Shown: positions 22,559 to 34,301, counted from the first letter of the stretch. The stretch: 64,000 nt of DNA from Candidatus Bathyarchaeota archaeon (GCA_963714275.1 CAVQNT010000002.1:896001-960000), one strand, 5' to 3'. The notes: generated from the sequence alone by a model not told the origin. Numbers and translations are program-made.

Positions 22559-22695
22559 GACTTACTATAATTTTTATTTTTGATTCCTTAATTTTCATGG
22601 GTTTCTACCTTTATGTTTCATGAGATGTTCTAAGCCTTTTTTTCATGCGGACTGTGTGCTAAAGCAATGATCCTATGTTATTCATCATTACCTTT

Positions 22696-23939
22696 CTAGG
22701 TAACGTTTTTTGTGTGTCTTCCAGTCTTTTCTGTTTTAATCCATCTTCTTGGCAGTCTAAGGATCATCTGCATAAAAGCTGTTGCTGTTAGGATGCTTTG
22801 CAGGTTCCAGTAGGCGTATATGAATGGCAGCCAGATGACGTTTTTTATTTTCACTGGCTTTGTAACGTATATTAAGGCTACGCCTATGGTCAGAATAGTG
22901 GCAATTGCAAAAACCAGTGTGCCTTCTGCCATTACATTAAGTATTGGGTCGTGAATGGGGAACAAGAAGAGGTATAGCGACATTATGTAGCTCAGGAAGA
23001 AGAAAGAAAGCACGTATGGTCCCATCATTGTAACTTCAGCGTCGAATGTTTTTCTTTCAAACCTTTTTAAGAATCGTCCGTACTTAACAGCTACTTCCAT
23101 GTAACCTCGGTACCATCTTAGCCGTTGCTTAATCAGTTGAGAAAGATTTGAAGTACTTCTTGCCATGAGATAAGTTCAGGAGCTAATTTTATGCCGTAAC
23201 CTTTCTCCGTAATTCTTAGTGACATCTCCAAGTCTTCAACCAAGCAGTTTTCGTTCCATAATCCAACCTTCTCAATGACGTCTCTACGGATAAATTGGCA
23301 ACTTCCAGCTAGGGATACAAAAAGGTTGAGAGAGTCTTTTCCTTGTAAAAAGGTTTTAAGCCAAACTACCTCCTCATAGGATATCATCTTGGTCAACATG
23401 TTCTCATCAGCGTTTATTGTACAGGTGGTTCCCTGAACTGCTGCTATAGACGGATCTGTGAAGTATTCGGCTGCGTTTAGTAAGGTGTCAGGTTCAGGAA
23501 CATTGTCTGCGTCGAAAACGGCGACAATCTCTCCTTTTGCCTGTTTGAATCCGAAGTTTATGGCTGAAGGTTTTCCTGTTGAAACGTCACGGTGAAAGTA
23601 CTTTATGGTCTCGGGGCAGCGTGTAGCATAATCTTTACATATTTCTGGTGTTCTGTCTGATGAGCCATCTTCAACTAATATTATTTCCTTTTTTTCAGGT
23701 GGGTAGTTAAGCCGTACTAGGGCGTTCAATAGCCTTTCAGCAACTTTTTCTTCGTCCTTAAGAGGTACAATAATATTTATTGTGGGAAGATTGATGTTTG
23801 GCATTGCCTTGTTTTTTCTGTTTTTTGAATTTGATTGATGGAAGTGTCTTATTCCCATGGCTAGGATGGGGATGTTGTAGGCTGTCCAGACGTATATTAG
23901 AATCGTTAGAATGTAGGCAATCGCTAAGATTAGGTTCAT
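22696..23939 (-). CDS. GT2 glycosyltransferase (cellulose synthase-like), frameshift near 23150
   Basis: DGSSD, FDAD, VED, QRLRW split over two ORFs. Confidence 0.88.
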
Positions 23940-24594
23940 CTAGTCTTCCTTTTTACATTTTTTTTAATATTCTGCGAGAAGGGAAAGGTTCTTCTTCTCC
24001 TTTCTATCTCTCTCAGTGGGCAATTATCATTATTCTTCTACCTTTATATATAAAAATTAATGTAGCCAATCCTTTTACGTCATGGTGACAAGAATTCAGG
24101 TTGCTGGAGCTTCAATTTCAGATATTTATAGGGTTTAAAAAAAGAAGGGAAGGAGAAGGGATGACTTTTAAACTATGCGTTTCAAGTATGTCATCAATAA
24201 TAATTAGAAAAAGTCGTTTCAGAAGATGAGAATAATTGTTTAAAGTTGGTTAGCTGACTGTCGGGGACATGAAGTTTTACTTAGTGTGTGTATACTTGTA
24301 CCAGTTTTCAAAGTACAGTACATTTCTACGGCAGTTTTTTGGGACTAAGTAGATGACTGATGAAGAGCATGAGTTGTTTAGGTCTTTTTGGGAGAACATC
24401 AAGAAACTCAAACAGCCAGCCTGTTCTTGGTTCTAAGTAATGTTCAGCGCTGACTGGTTAGGTGTAACCTTACGGCATTTGAAGCTCTGGCTGAAACCGT
24501 ATCACAGTCCAATGTTAACGCTGAAGCAACTATGAGGGTGTCGGTGGGAAAACTTAAATAGGTGGGAATAATATCCTTTGGTGGGCAAAATACA

Positions 24595-24840
24595 ATGGAA
24601 ATCGTTAAAGTTGACGAGAAAGGCAGGATAGTCATTCCAAAAAGCCTCAGAGAGAAGACTGAAATGAAAGAAGGAAGCTATGTTACAGTTAAGGCCGAGA
24701 AGAAAGCCATACTCATTCAACCCCTGGAGCCAATTGCCAGAAAATACTTTGGAGCCTTCAAAATCGCCAAGTGGCCCAAAGACCTAGATGAATTTGTCGT
24801 CGAGGTTATGAAAGAATGGTGGACGCCGAAAGCTACGTAG
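24595..24840 (+). CDS. AbrB/MazE-type antitoxin
   Basis: KVDEKGRIVIPK.LR. Confidence 0.85.
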   Translation: MEIVKVDEKGRIVIPKSLREKTEMKEGSYVTVKAEKKAILIQPLEPIARKYFGAFKIAKWPKDLDEFVVEVMKEWWTPKAT

Positions 24841-25241
24841 ACATCAACATCTTCATTTATTGGCTCGGTAAACATCCGACTTTCGGTGAAGCAGCATACG
24901 AGTGGATTAGAAAGATTGAGGACAGCCCTCGCGGGAAATACGTAACATCCAGCCTAACTCTGTACGAGACACTAGTGATTATCGCAGGTTTAACAGGTAG
25001 AAATCTGAAGGACAAACAACTAGTGGAAGGTGTCATCGCCTCAATAACAGGCCTCAAAGGCTTAGTGATTGACCAACTGATGCCTGAAGACCACATTCAA
25101 GCCGTCGAATTAATGAAGGAGTATGACCTTGACTACGAAGACTCCCTGCACCTAGCTGCAGCATTGAGAACAGGTGCAAAACAAATAATATCAAACGATG
25201 AAGACTTCGACAATACGCCATTGAAGAGAACTTTCCTCTAA
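24816..25241 (+). CDS. vapC: PIN-domain toxin
   Basis: YVDINIF, E, D.LH.A, SND.DFD. Confidence 0.88.
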   Translation: MVDAESYVDINIFIYWLGKHPTFGEAAYEWIRKIEDSPRGKYVTSSLTLYETLVIIAGLTGRNLKDKQLVEGVIASITGLKGLVIDQLMPEDHIQAVELMKEYDLDYEDSLHLAAALRTGAKQIISNDEDFDNTPLKRTFL

Positions 25242-25308
25242 CGGGAGCTCAATGACCAATGAGTCAGCTACTACAAGTAGAGAAGAATGTAAGAAGAAAA
25301 AATTAGAA

Positions 25309-26178
25309 TCAAATATATTCTTTTGCTTTATCCAGTAATTTGTCAATTTCAATAAAATTTTGTTTATAACTATTTTTTTTGTTATAAGTAACTGCTGAAG
25401 TAAGGAATGCTGCTGATGACAAAACTAATGCTATCATTAAGAGCCAACAGTCTATTGCAACATACTCACCTTTTGGACCCTGAGGACCAATATCACCAGT
25501 ATCGCCTTTGTCACCCTTAAGTCCTTGAGAACCTTGAGCACCTGTGTCTCCCTTAGGACCCTGAAGACCCATAATATTTGCCACAACTGTCCAAAAGCCA
25601 GAAACTTTGTAGTAAATATTACCGCTTAAAAGGTCTAAGTAGAAATCACCATTTATTCCCAGTTCACTTGAGGGTAAACCTGAACCATTATACCATCTTG
25701 TTCCTTCACCTGCTGGACCCATAGGACCAACTGGACCTTGTGGACCTGTATCTCCCTTAGAACCTTGAGGTCCCACTGGTCCTTGATCACCAGTATCTCC
25801 TTTTGGACCCTGTGGGCCTTTTGTATTCAAAACAGTAAAGGTTGCAGATGCTGACTTTCCATCTACTGTTACTGTTATATTATAGGTGCCTGGAGTCTGT
25901 GTCTGTATTGTCATTATTACACAGAATGTTCCATCATGTGATGTGCAGGAGTCTCCAAGCCAACCTGGGACGGCTACTCCATTCCAGAAGATATGAATAC
26001 CTTGGTTTTTAGGAAAGCCGCTTCCTATGACTGTTATCACAGAAATACCAGAACTTGGAGTCAATGAAATTGATGGCGATGGTTCTACACAAGCTGCTGC
26101 AACACCTAGACAGGCGAATGTCCGTAGCACCAGAATTGAGGTAACTACTAGCAAAATGGTCTTTTGGTAGTTGGTCAT
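25309..26178 (-). CDS. Membrane-anchored collagen-like surface protein
   Basis: Signal peptide, Ig-like segment, two Gly-X-Y tracts, C-terminal TM. Confidence 0.85.
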   Translation of the reverse strand: MTNYQKTILLVVTSILVLRTFACLGVAAACVEPSPSISLTPSSGISVITVIGSGFPKNQGIHIFWNGVAVPGWLGDSCTSHDGTFCVIMTIQTQTPGTYNITVTVDGKSASATFTVLNTKGPQGPKGDTGDQGPVGPQGSKGDTGPQGPVGPMGPAGEGTRWYNGSGLPSSELGINGDFYLDLLSGNIYYKVSGFWTVVANIMGLQGPKGDTGAQGSQGLKGDKGDTGDIGPQGPKGEYVAIDCWLLMIALVLSSAAFLTSAVTYNKKNSYKQNFIEIDKLLDKAKEYI

Positions 26179-26513
26179 TCTTATCTAAAGAAGGCTTTCT
26201 AGCCAAAAAGATATGCTTTGTGAAAGTCTTTTTCAGAAGAATCTTATATATTAACATAGATCCTTGAGACATTGATTAACGAAGAAGCCTTGTTATTCGC
26301 TAAATACCTACGTGGCGAAAGAGAAACATGGGCTCCGAGAGTGTCATGTTTCGGTTGAATAGTCCTGTTAAATTATAGATGCATGGTATAGAGAATTGTA
26401 TCTATAAGTCTTATAATAATGAAATTAAAAAAGTCATTTGGGATAGTAATAGTGGTATGGAGTGTTATTAAGAAACATGAAGAGGAAAAAGAATATTATG
26501 AAGGTGAAACCCA

Positions 26514-26889
26514 TATGCCTTTTTGCCCGAAATGTGATAAAGAAAATCCAGTAGAAGCCTCTTACTGTTTTGCTTGTGGAAGCCAGTTATATGTTGCACC
26601 CAATCCATCATATCAGGCGATACAATACTCCACTGCGCAATACACAGCCGCTAAGTTCAGATTTGACTCTACACCTTATGTGTTTGTAGGGACGATTTGC
26701 GCCTTAATCAGCATATTCTTTGTGCCACTGCTCTTTGGAATAATTGCTATAATATGTGGTGGAACGGTTCTGAGAAAAGCTATACAAAGCAGTCAGAGAC
26801 AACAAGGCTGGTTTGTTATAGCCCTAGGCGTTCTATGCATGGTTATTGGACTCATATTGGGAATGTTGGCGGTCCTACCTTACATGTAA
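26514..26889 (+). CDS. Zinc-ribbon membrane protein
   Basis: FCPKC..YCFACG plus TM helices. Confidence 0.7.
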
Positions 26890-27203
26890 TACTCGCTTTA
26901 GCTTCTATCATGACACAAAACTTTTTGGAAGTACTCTTAAGAATCTCTATGTGCGTTTTTAGCGCGCGCGCTCTGGCTGTCGGTGACAAGTGTTGTGCCT
27001 ATTATAATTTATCTAGCTTCATCCGCTATCAGTATCAACTAATATTCCCAAATTCAAAGTTCCTCAATAACAACAAAAAGCAAGCAATTTTCTGTCTGAT
27101 AGTAATTGTGCATGCAGTGGCTTCAGTTCCAGTTTTGGCAATCCCTTGACCTAGAATTTATAGAAGTTAGTTAGTTAGCTCAGCTTGCTGGAAAGATGTG
27201 TCC

Positions 27204-27920
27204 TTATCGGTTGATGCGGATGACCAGCGCTCCGTCTCCGGTAATGCGGTCTGTGGTTGTAGTAACGTACACAGTGTACCCATATATGTTGAAGTAGTCG
27301 GGGTCTTCTCCTTGAGTAATTTTACGCTTGAGGAAGCTAATGGCATAATCGTTCATTCCGCCGCCAGCTACACCTGGAATGCTGCGGAAATACTGCGGAT
27401 CATCCTTCTCAATCTTAACCTCTGGAATGGGTGGCGTTGACCAGATGTCTCCACAAACTTCTCTAATAGCATTTTTAGCGAAGTTTTCGTCACTGGGCGG
27501 AGTTCCTACTACCACGGCATCAGAACGCCAAACGCCAAGAGATGACCTCGCGCGTTCAGCATACTCTTCGGGAGATAATGATCTGCGAAACAGAATCACG
27601 TATATTCTAATAAGCCCTGAGCCCACTTCTTTTACCATCCTTTCGGCTCTAGCTTCCTGCGGAGGGCTGACCTGGGGCGAAGCCGTCGGTTGTCTAACAC
27701 ATGCAGGTCGCGTGACAGCAGGAGCAATCTTTGACTTCCTAAGGCTTCTGTACCCACCATACGCTGCTGCAAGCGATATGCCCATTAATACGGTAACCAT
27801 GATGACTGCTATCGTACCATCTCCCGCTGCAATAATATAATAAACCACTGAAATTCCGCCTACAAACCAGATGAAACTAAGAAAGAACAGAAAGAAAGCA
27901 AGACCTTTCCACTTGCTCAT
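27204..27920 (-). CDS. Membrane-anchored hypothetical protein
   Basis: Two N-terminal TM; GYRSLRKSK.AP motif shared with 57910..58572. Confidence 0.65.
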   Translation of the reverse strand: MSKWKGLAFFLFFLSFIWFVGGISVVYYIIAAGDGTIAVIMVTVLMGISLAAAYGGYRSLRKSKIAPAVTRPACVRQPTASPQVSPPQEARAERMVKEVGSGLIRIYVILFRRSLSPEEYAERARSSLGVWRSDAVVVGTPPSDENFAKNAIREVCGDIWSTPPIPEVKIEKDDPQYFRSIPGVAGGGMNDYAISFLKRKITQGEDPDYFNIYGYTVYVTTTTDRITGDGALVIRINR

Positions 27921-28035
27921 TCCTTATTCCGCCTTGTCTCACCATTGTTATATAGCTTTTAATTAGGTTTATGGTGCTTCAACAAAACCTGTCTGTCTAT
28001 ACAATCTCTGTAAGGTTTTTCTGGGTCTGTGTTCG

Positions 28036-28245
28036 GTGAACACTTCGCCTTTAGTAGCTAACTTCATATTCGGAAAAGACCAAAAGATCTGGGCTGCAAA
28101 GAAGGTTGCACAATATGGTGATTTACAAGCCATTTCTGTCTTGAAGGAATACTTAGAAGTGGAAAAAGATGAAGATGTTAAGAGAGCTTGTCAAGAAGCT
28201 ATCGCTACTGTTGAAAGATTAAAAGAAAGAGAAGAAGAAGGTTAA
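28036..28245 (+). pseudogene. HEAT-repeat fragment
   Basis: AAKK..GD..AI..L...D.DV..A..A. Confidence 0.45.
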
Positions 28246-28750
28246 ATTTTAATTCCTTCCTTCCTTCTCTTTCGAATACTCCCTCTCCCTAAACAGACAG
28301 GTTCCCTTAAATTTCATTCAAACAAAGAAAACATCCTATATGAAGATCATACAACATACACTAAATGCAACTAAAGTAAAAACATTCTACGAAACGCTGA
28401 ATTAGAAATTCCACCATGTTGGGTTTTGGCTAGAAAACATTTTCGGGTAGTTACTCAGAACAATCGCTTTCCAAAACTTAACAAGATAAGAAACAGGCTG
28501 ACTTAAGGGAACTAAGAATGCTGTGTGTTGAATATGCTCCTGTTCATGTTTATTTCAGCGTTTTGGATTGGCTTTTCCCTGAGAGAGTGGGAAGGAAAAG
28601 CAAGTCTAACAAGGCTGAACCAGCCAGTGACGAGTATGTTTTTGATGTCGATTAGCGTGCGTGCGCTATTTTTATCCGTATATCCTTTTTAGAAAAGGGA
28701 TGTACTCGACATCCATATATTATTATTTTAATAAGAGCATACAATATGTA

Positions 28751-28804
28751 TTAAACATTTATAATGTTCTAAAGATGTTAAACATTTATAATGTTCTAGA
28801 GATT
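28751..28804. promoter_or_regulatory. 27-bp tandem duplication containing palindrome AACATT-TAT-AATGTT
   Basis: TTAAACATTTATAATGTTCTA twice, upstream of 28885. Confidence 0.55.
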
Positions 28805-28884
28805 TGTTTCATCAAGTTTTATAGTAATATATATTAACATTTAGACTATGAAAGTAAAGCTAGCTCAGCTAAACAAGTGATAAA

Positions 28885-29589
28885 ATGATAGATTTTATGA
28901 TGAGATACCCTTCCTTGAAGACGCCAGTTAGATGGCTAGTAGTGTTTCTAATACTCTCCGCAGTAACCATTACACCTGCCAATTCTCAGACGGAAACGAC
29001 AACCGAGACTACATCAGTAACTTCAGTAACAACGGAGACTACGACTGAGACTACCCAAATAACTTCAGTAACAACCGAGACAACAACTCAAACCAAGACT
29101 TCCGCAAGACGAACAGTAACTTCAGTAACAACTGCAACCACTACTCAGACTACGATCACAACTACGACTCCGGCAACCTCAGTTACAACAGCAACTACGA
29201 CTGCGACCACGACTCAGACTACTTTAGTAACGTCTGTAACAACTGCGATAACCACTCTGACAACAACTACTTCCACCCCATTGACCTTATTTACTACATT
29301 AAGGGAAACGACAACTACTACTACTTCAATAACGTCAGTATCAACAAAAACGGAGACTACTACTACTCCTGTAACATCAGTAACAACTGCGACAACAACT
29401 CAAACTACAACTTCAACTACGACTCCAGCACCGTCAATAATAACAGCAACAGAGACAACCACACTCATTTCAACTACAGTAATAGTTCCCACAATTCTAT
29501 GGTACGGTCTATGGTACCCAGTAATAGTGGGAATAGTAATATTCGCCATCATAATAAGCGTCTATGTACTGGCAAAGCCTAAGTCATAA
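28885..29589 (+). CDS. Thr-rich mucin-like surface protein
   Basis: Signal peptide, TSVTT repeats, C-terminal TM. Confidence 0.85.
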   Translation: MIDFMMRYPSLKTPVRWLVVFLILSAVTITPANSQTETTTETTSVTSVTTETTTETTQITSVTTETTTQTKTSARRTVTSVTTATTTQTTITTTTPATSVTTATTTATTTQTTLVTSVTTAITTLTTTTSTPLTLFTTLRETTTTTTSITSVSTKTETTTTPVTSVTTATTTQTTTSTTTPAPSIITATETTTLISTTVIVPTILWYGLWYPVIVGIVIFAIIISVYVLAKPKS

Positions 29590-30168
29590 TGATTAGGCTT
29601 GTTTTTGTGAATAAATGCGATGAATAATATATAAATTAAAGATAAAGAACATAAGGAGATTAGATTACTTCTTTTTCTTTAAGATATTCGCGAATGCAGA
29701 AGTTAATAAAGCTAGATGGGCTTCTTACTCCATTTTTTAGCTTTAGTTCATCTTTTTTCTCATCATAGAACTAAAAGCTCGCCTATAAACTTCTATTGGA
29801 ACTGCGAGTGATCTCCAACCTTCAACCATTCATGATTTCCTCCTTTATATTTTGAAGATACTACTACCCAGCATTGAAATCGATTTTGGATTTGGACGTT
29901 TTATAACAGTATAATATTTAAACTTTTTGATGTTATACATAACAGTTTATAAATAACTTTTGGGATGACGAATTCTCCTTGAACTTTTTTTATGTACAAC
30001 CGCATCTATCGACTTCTCGCATTTTCCTAATTCCTAAGGTTAACTGTGAAAATTCAAAAGAAGAGTTTATTCTAGTAGCTTGCTAGCTATGCTTTCCCAT
30101 GAAAAATTGACGAGGACACAGAACAATGAATGCCACTTACTGCAATATTAACACAAAACCTATATAAT

Positions 30169-30697
30169 AAAAAATTAATAGCAGACTGAAGCGAGAAGTT
30201 GAAGCTTATCTTTAAGAGTTTTAGGGCTGCTCTTTGCAGATTTGGGAATATTTTCTCTGGTCTGTTCATTTTTTGTTCCTTTTTATCGTTCTCTACCTGC
30301 TTGGAAACATTGGGATGGCACTTATACAATTGGGGCAGGAACGAGCAATGGACCTTTAGTAGAACTGTCCTATTGGCCAGTGGTTGAAGGAATGCTTGAA
30401 ATAAGCGGAGGCCACAATGATATTTATTTCTCAATAGAAGACTCTCAGGGAGGAACTGTAATTTCGAAAACGTTGGCGATAGATAGATACTACTTCGGTC
30501 CATTTCAGGCGTCACATAACACATATTATTTCAAGTTTGACAATAGTATAAGCCTGGATACACCCAAGACGGTATATTGGATAGTCCGTGCGTATTGGTA
30601 TAACCTTGTATTCTTAATATTTGGTGTTTCTTCACTGGCTTTGGGAATAATCGTATTGTTGTATGAAAGAAAAAAAGACCTATTCTTTCGTTGGCGT
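30169..30697 (+). pseudogene. Degenerate duplicate of gene 34522..35025
   Basis: Near-identical DNA to 34491-35022; damaged 5' end, stop codon lost. Confidence 0.7.
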
Positions 30698-30900
30698 AGT
30701 CAGCTATGGTTTTTGTTTTTGATGTTGTCTATTTGTAGTAGTATTTTGTTTTTATGTGTTGGGACAGCTTGTTTCAGCCTTAATTTGGGTAACAGGGCTT
30801 GAATCTTTGGTGGTTTGCGTCTTGAAACGTCTTTGAATGTCTTGGAAAGGCTAATAAGGTCTTAGAGGCTTGATTTGTCCGTGGGAAGCTGAGGTTTGAC

Positions 30901-31188
30901 GTGCCTTTAACGGAAGTGGTCAGTTTCAAAACGGTGTTACGGAGGGAAAACCGAGTTCAAGTACCTAGACAGATACGGTGGCACTATAAACTGGAGCCCA
31001 CTCAAGTCTTGAAGGTCACAGTAGACGTCGTAGGATCCTTAAGCGCAATAGAAAGCTTCTACGCAATAATGAGAAACGACGGACGCATAACAATACCGAA
31101 ACTAACGCTTAACCTGCTGCAGAGCGAAACCTACGACAAACAGAGCCTAACAGGCAAGGTTTTAGAAGTGCGACTTACACCTGCATAA
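30901..31188 (+). CDS. Duplicated AbrB-like domain protein (MPLT-type)
   Basis: NRVQVP..IR and DGRITIP repeats. Confidence 0.7.
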   Translation: MPLTEVVSFKTVLRRENRVQVPRQIRWHYKLEPTQVLKVTVDVVGSLSAIESFYAIMRNDGRITIPKLTLNLLQSETYDKQSLTGKVLEVRLTPA

Positions 31189-31280
31189 AAATGTTTAAGG
31201 GCGGACTGGGGAGTTACAGCCCTGCAACTAAAAGGTTAACGTAGGTGAGAATTCATCGGTGTGATTTGTTTTTTACATGG

Positions 31281-31679
31281 TCATTTCCAGATGCGTCTTA
31301 CCCATTTCACTCTGTCAAAGTCTTTGTCGTTCGAGTATATTTCTTTGACGTTATTGCTTTTCATCAATTGAAGGGTGAGGGCGTCTACGTAGTTTATGTT
31401 GTGTGCGTTCATATAGTCTATGGCTGAGAGCATGTCTTCCCAGGATACGGTTGCCTTGTGTAAGCAGATGTAGGAGTTTACAGCAATGATAAAGGTTTTG
31501 AGCCCTTGTCTGCGTCCGTTGTATTCTAGCCAGTCAGTTACCTCTTGGATGATAGCTGTGCTTGTAACGGCTTCCTCGCCGTCTTCGATCCTTTTGAGGA
31601 TGTTCTGGGAGGTTTCGAATGATGCTTGTGGTGATCCTGTAAGGATGTATATGAAAACATTGGAGTCGATGAACCTCAT
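31281..31679 (-). CDS. vapC: PIN-domain toxin
   Basis: FIDSNVF, DA, YSNDKDFD. Confidence 0.88.
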   Translation of the reverse strand: MRFIDSNVFIYILTGSPQASFETSQNILKRIEDGEEAVTSTAIIQEVTDWLEYNGRRQGLKTFIIAVNSYICLHKATVSWEDMLSAIDYMNAHNINYVDALTLQLMKSNNVKEIYSNDKDFDRVKWVRRIWK

Positions 31680-31945
31680 TCTTTAACCCTCGAAAGCTTC
31701 TTCTCGGACCGCTTTGCAGATGCCTTCCGAAGTTCGTCTTTAACCGGTTCGGTGATGGTAATGCCTTCTGCAAGGCCGCTTAGAAGTTTAGTTGGGTTGG
31801 GCACGGTTTTTGGCAGTAGCAGGACCAAGTGTCCTCCCTTTGTCTCCAGTGTTAGGGTGTCGCCTTCTCTGATTGCTAGCCTTTTCCTTATCTCGGCGGG
31901 GATTGTGATCTTACCTTTCTGGAGCACCTTAATTTGGGCACCCAT
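31676..31945 (-). CDS. AbrB antitoxin
   Basis: KGKITIPAEIR..L.I.EGD. Confidence 0.85.
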   Translation of the reverse strand: MGAQIKVLQKGKITIPAEIRKRLAIREGDTLTLETKGGHLVLLLPKTVPNPTKLLSGLAEGITITEPVKDELRKASAKRSEKKLSRVKE

Positions 31946-32229
31946 ATATATCACACAAGAAGGTAATTGACAAAGGACACATTTAAGTGTTCCCTTTCGC
32001 AACTAGCTAGCCAGTCAGCTAGAAGCAACAAGAATGTCGCAGTATTCAGCCTTTTCGACCAGTTGGGGAATGAGTTCTGGAGGGTTCTCAGGTCAGCGTC
32101 AATCGTGACATTGACCGAGTATTTAGCTAGTTTCATAGCCCGTGCGCAACTGTGACAAATGTTTCAATAGAACCTTTGTTCCGTAGGATTTAATAAGTAT
32201 GAAGTGTAAAGTTGGTAAGGGATGTAAAG

Positions 32230-32466
32230 ATGACCCATGTGAAAGTAAGCTCAAAATATCAGATAACTATTCCAAAAGATTTCAGGGAGGCACTCAGCAT
32301 AGAGGCAGGTGACCGGCTTTATGTTGGGCGGGAAGGTGGGAAGATTGTTCTTCACCCTTTCCCTAAGGTTACGAATCCAACAGATAAGCTGTATGGAAGC
32401 GTTAGAGGCGAAGAGGATGCTGTTGAAGCTGTCCGAAAGTTCAGGAGAGCTGGGGGCAGATCTTGA
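32230..32466 (+). CDS. AbrB antitoxin
   Basis: VSSKYQITIPK..R. Confidence 0.85.
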   Translation: MTHVKVSSKYQITIPKDFREALSIEAGDRLYVGREGGKIVLHPFPKVTNPTDKLYGSVRGEEDAVEAVRKFRRAGGRS

Positions 32467-32882
32467 CATACTATATAGACACAAATGTATGGATTTACGC
32501 CATGATTGCCCATCCAAAATATGGGGGAAAATGCAGGGAGATCTTGAGTAATATCGAGGCTGAGAAATTGGAGGCTGCCATTTCCACTCAAGTTCTAGGA
32601 GAGATCACAGGAGTCTTATACAGCCAGTATAAAGTGAAAGATACGACGTCCCAACTCAACGCGGTGCTCTCCTACCCAATTGATGTCTACATTATTCATC
32701 CAGATGTAATCAGAGTGGCAGCTGAGTACGCTCGAGACTATGGGATCACACCTTACGACGGAATCCATGTCGCCTCAGCAGTAGAAAACAATGTTAAAGA
32801 AATAGTTTCAGCGGACAGAGAATTTGACAAGGTAGAGACAATAAGAAGAATAGACCCGATAGAATTCAGCTTCTCCTCCTAG
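32463..32882 (+). CDS. vapC: PIN-domain toxin
   Basis: YIDTNV, YDGIH.A, SADREFD. Confidence 0.88.
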   Translation: MTYYIDTNVWIYAMIAHPKYGGKCREILSNIEAEKLEAAISTQVLGEITGVLYSQYKVKDTTSQLNAVLSYPIDVYIIHPDVIRVAAEYARDYGITPYDGIHVASAVENNVKEIVSADREFDKVETIRRIDPIEFSFSS

Positions 32883-33115
32883 GTAGGGTTCCATTAACTC
32901 TTCTCTGGCTTTTCTGATTGTTTTTTCTGCATGTTTCTACGCGAACTCAGTGGTATTCCAACCTATAATGAGGTTCAATGCTTTCTCGCTCGTTCCAGGT
33001 TGTTGTAATTGGTATTTGACATGTCTTATGTCATTGTCGCTGTGACCTACGTACTGTAAGCATTCATTCTCCATCTGGATCGCTTTGAACTTAACGGGCG
33101 CATCTCTATACTTTT

Positions 33116-33370
33116 TTACTCATAAATGGTCTTTCTGTGACCAACATCTAAGAAGACGACAAGTTGAGGCTTTGGTTCGATTATGTATATAATTCTATAT
33201 TTGTCCATTCTCCATCGCCATCGTCCCTCAAGCTCGCCTCGTAATCTAACACCTGAATAAGGGTTATTGAGTATCTCGTCGATAGCCCTTAAGATCCTAT
33301 TCTTTATGTTCTCTGGGAGTTTCTTGAACTCTCTAAGAAAACTTTTGGTTAAGGCAGCTTTGTAAGCCAA
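33116..33370 (-). CDS. relE: RelE/ParE family toxin
   Basis: KKLP..I, NPY.G..LRG, YRIIY, VGHRK.IY. Confidence 0.88.
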   Translation of the reverse strand: MAYKAALTKSFLREFKKLPENIKNRILRAIDEILNNPYSGVRLRGELEGRWRWRMDKYRIIYIIEPKPQLVVFLDVGHRKTIYE

Positions 33371-33379
33371 AGCCGTTAT

Positions 33380-33598
33380 TCACTCAGTAAATTTCTTAAT
33401 TTCACTGCTATTTTGAACTGTTATGTATTCTCCTTTCACGTATTCTTGTTCAGCCTTACGTATTCTCTCCAAGCCTTCCTTGTCCATTAACTCCTCAAGT
33501 GTTGTGAGAACCTCTTCAACTTTGGCTAGTCCCGTATAGAGGTCTTTTAACAACTCCTTGGGTATAGAAACGGTTTCTGCCACGCTATGCACCAGCAA
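33380..33598 (-). CDS. Putative antitoxin
   Basis: Upstream of relE; TLEELMD...ERIRKA. Confidence 0.7.
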   Translation of the reverse strand: MLVHSVAETVSIPKELLKDLYTGLAKVEEVLTTLEELMDKEGLERIRKAEQEYVKGEYITVQNSSEIKKFTE

Positions 33599-33779
33599 TA
33601 TTTTTTCTCTAGCCTCTTAATTAACTTTCTCTCAATGTGGGGAGGCTTATTACGGTTCTCGTTCATTCCAGGTTGTTGTTACGACGGACACTCCATCCGT
33701 ATTCATGGTTTAGGCCTCTAGATGAAAAGACAGGAAAACGTTTATTTTCTTGAAAAAGAGATTGCCCAGAAAGGTAAAA

Positions 33780-34301
33780 TTAGTCGTTTTCTGCTGTCAC
33801 TACAATGGTTGCGGTGGTTGGTTGGTCTGAACTCACTGATTTGGCAGTTGCAGTTATTTCAAAGTCGAATCTCCAAGCTCCAGACGCATCTAATGTTACA
33901 GCGGCTGGATCAGGCGCTCCTATTGTCATAGTGCAAGCCGTATCACCTACAATGTTGCTCCCGCCGGGTACAGCTGCAAACTTAACGGTTATAGTGTATG
34001 CGGTGTAGTATGAGGTTAACGTGTCTAAGTTGCTGTTGAAATGAAGATAAACGTTGGCTTTCGTTGTTGTGATGTTTAATATGTTGCCAAGACTCGGAAC
34101 TGTAGCTTTAGTAATGCTTTTTGTTTCTCCTTCTTCTATATTGCCTAAAGCGGAATTTTGCACTGTTAATGTGGTAACCTCTTTAATAGTTTGCGTTACT
34201 TGCAGCTGTGCTTGTTCATAGACATATGCTGAAACTGCTATGGCAGATAAACTTAGCAGTATAAACAGAACATTAACTATTGGTCTTCTTTGAATTCCCA
34301 T
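33780..34301 (-). CDS. Secreted beta-rich hypothetical protein
   Basis: N-terminal signal/TM, Thr/Ala/Val-rich. Confidence 0.7.
   Translation of the reverse strand: MGIQRRPIVNVLFILLSLSAIAVSAYVYEQAQLQVTQTIKEVTTLTVQNSALGNIEEGETKSITKATVPSLGNILNITTTKANVYLHFNSNLDTLTSYYTAYTITVKFAAVPGGSNIVGDTACTMTIGAPDPAAVTLDASGAWRFDFEITATAKSVSSDQPTTATIVVTAEND

Noticed and set aside
28221-28260. GAAGAAGAA-GGTTAAATTTTAATT as the right end matching 20705
   Set aside because: Only 13/15 core identity in AT-rich DNA and overlaps a Glu-rich ORF end; possible but unsupported.
27986-28512. Two short inverted-repeat pairs (27986/28303 and 28301/28512) as MITEs
   Set aside because: Only 10-11 bp, no TSD and no second copy in the window.
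28980-29480. Repeats resembling a CRISPR array
   Set aside because: In-frame Thr-rich coding repeats without unique spacers.
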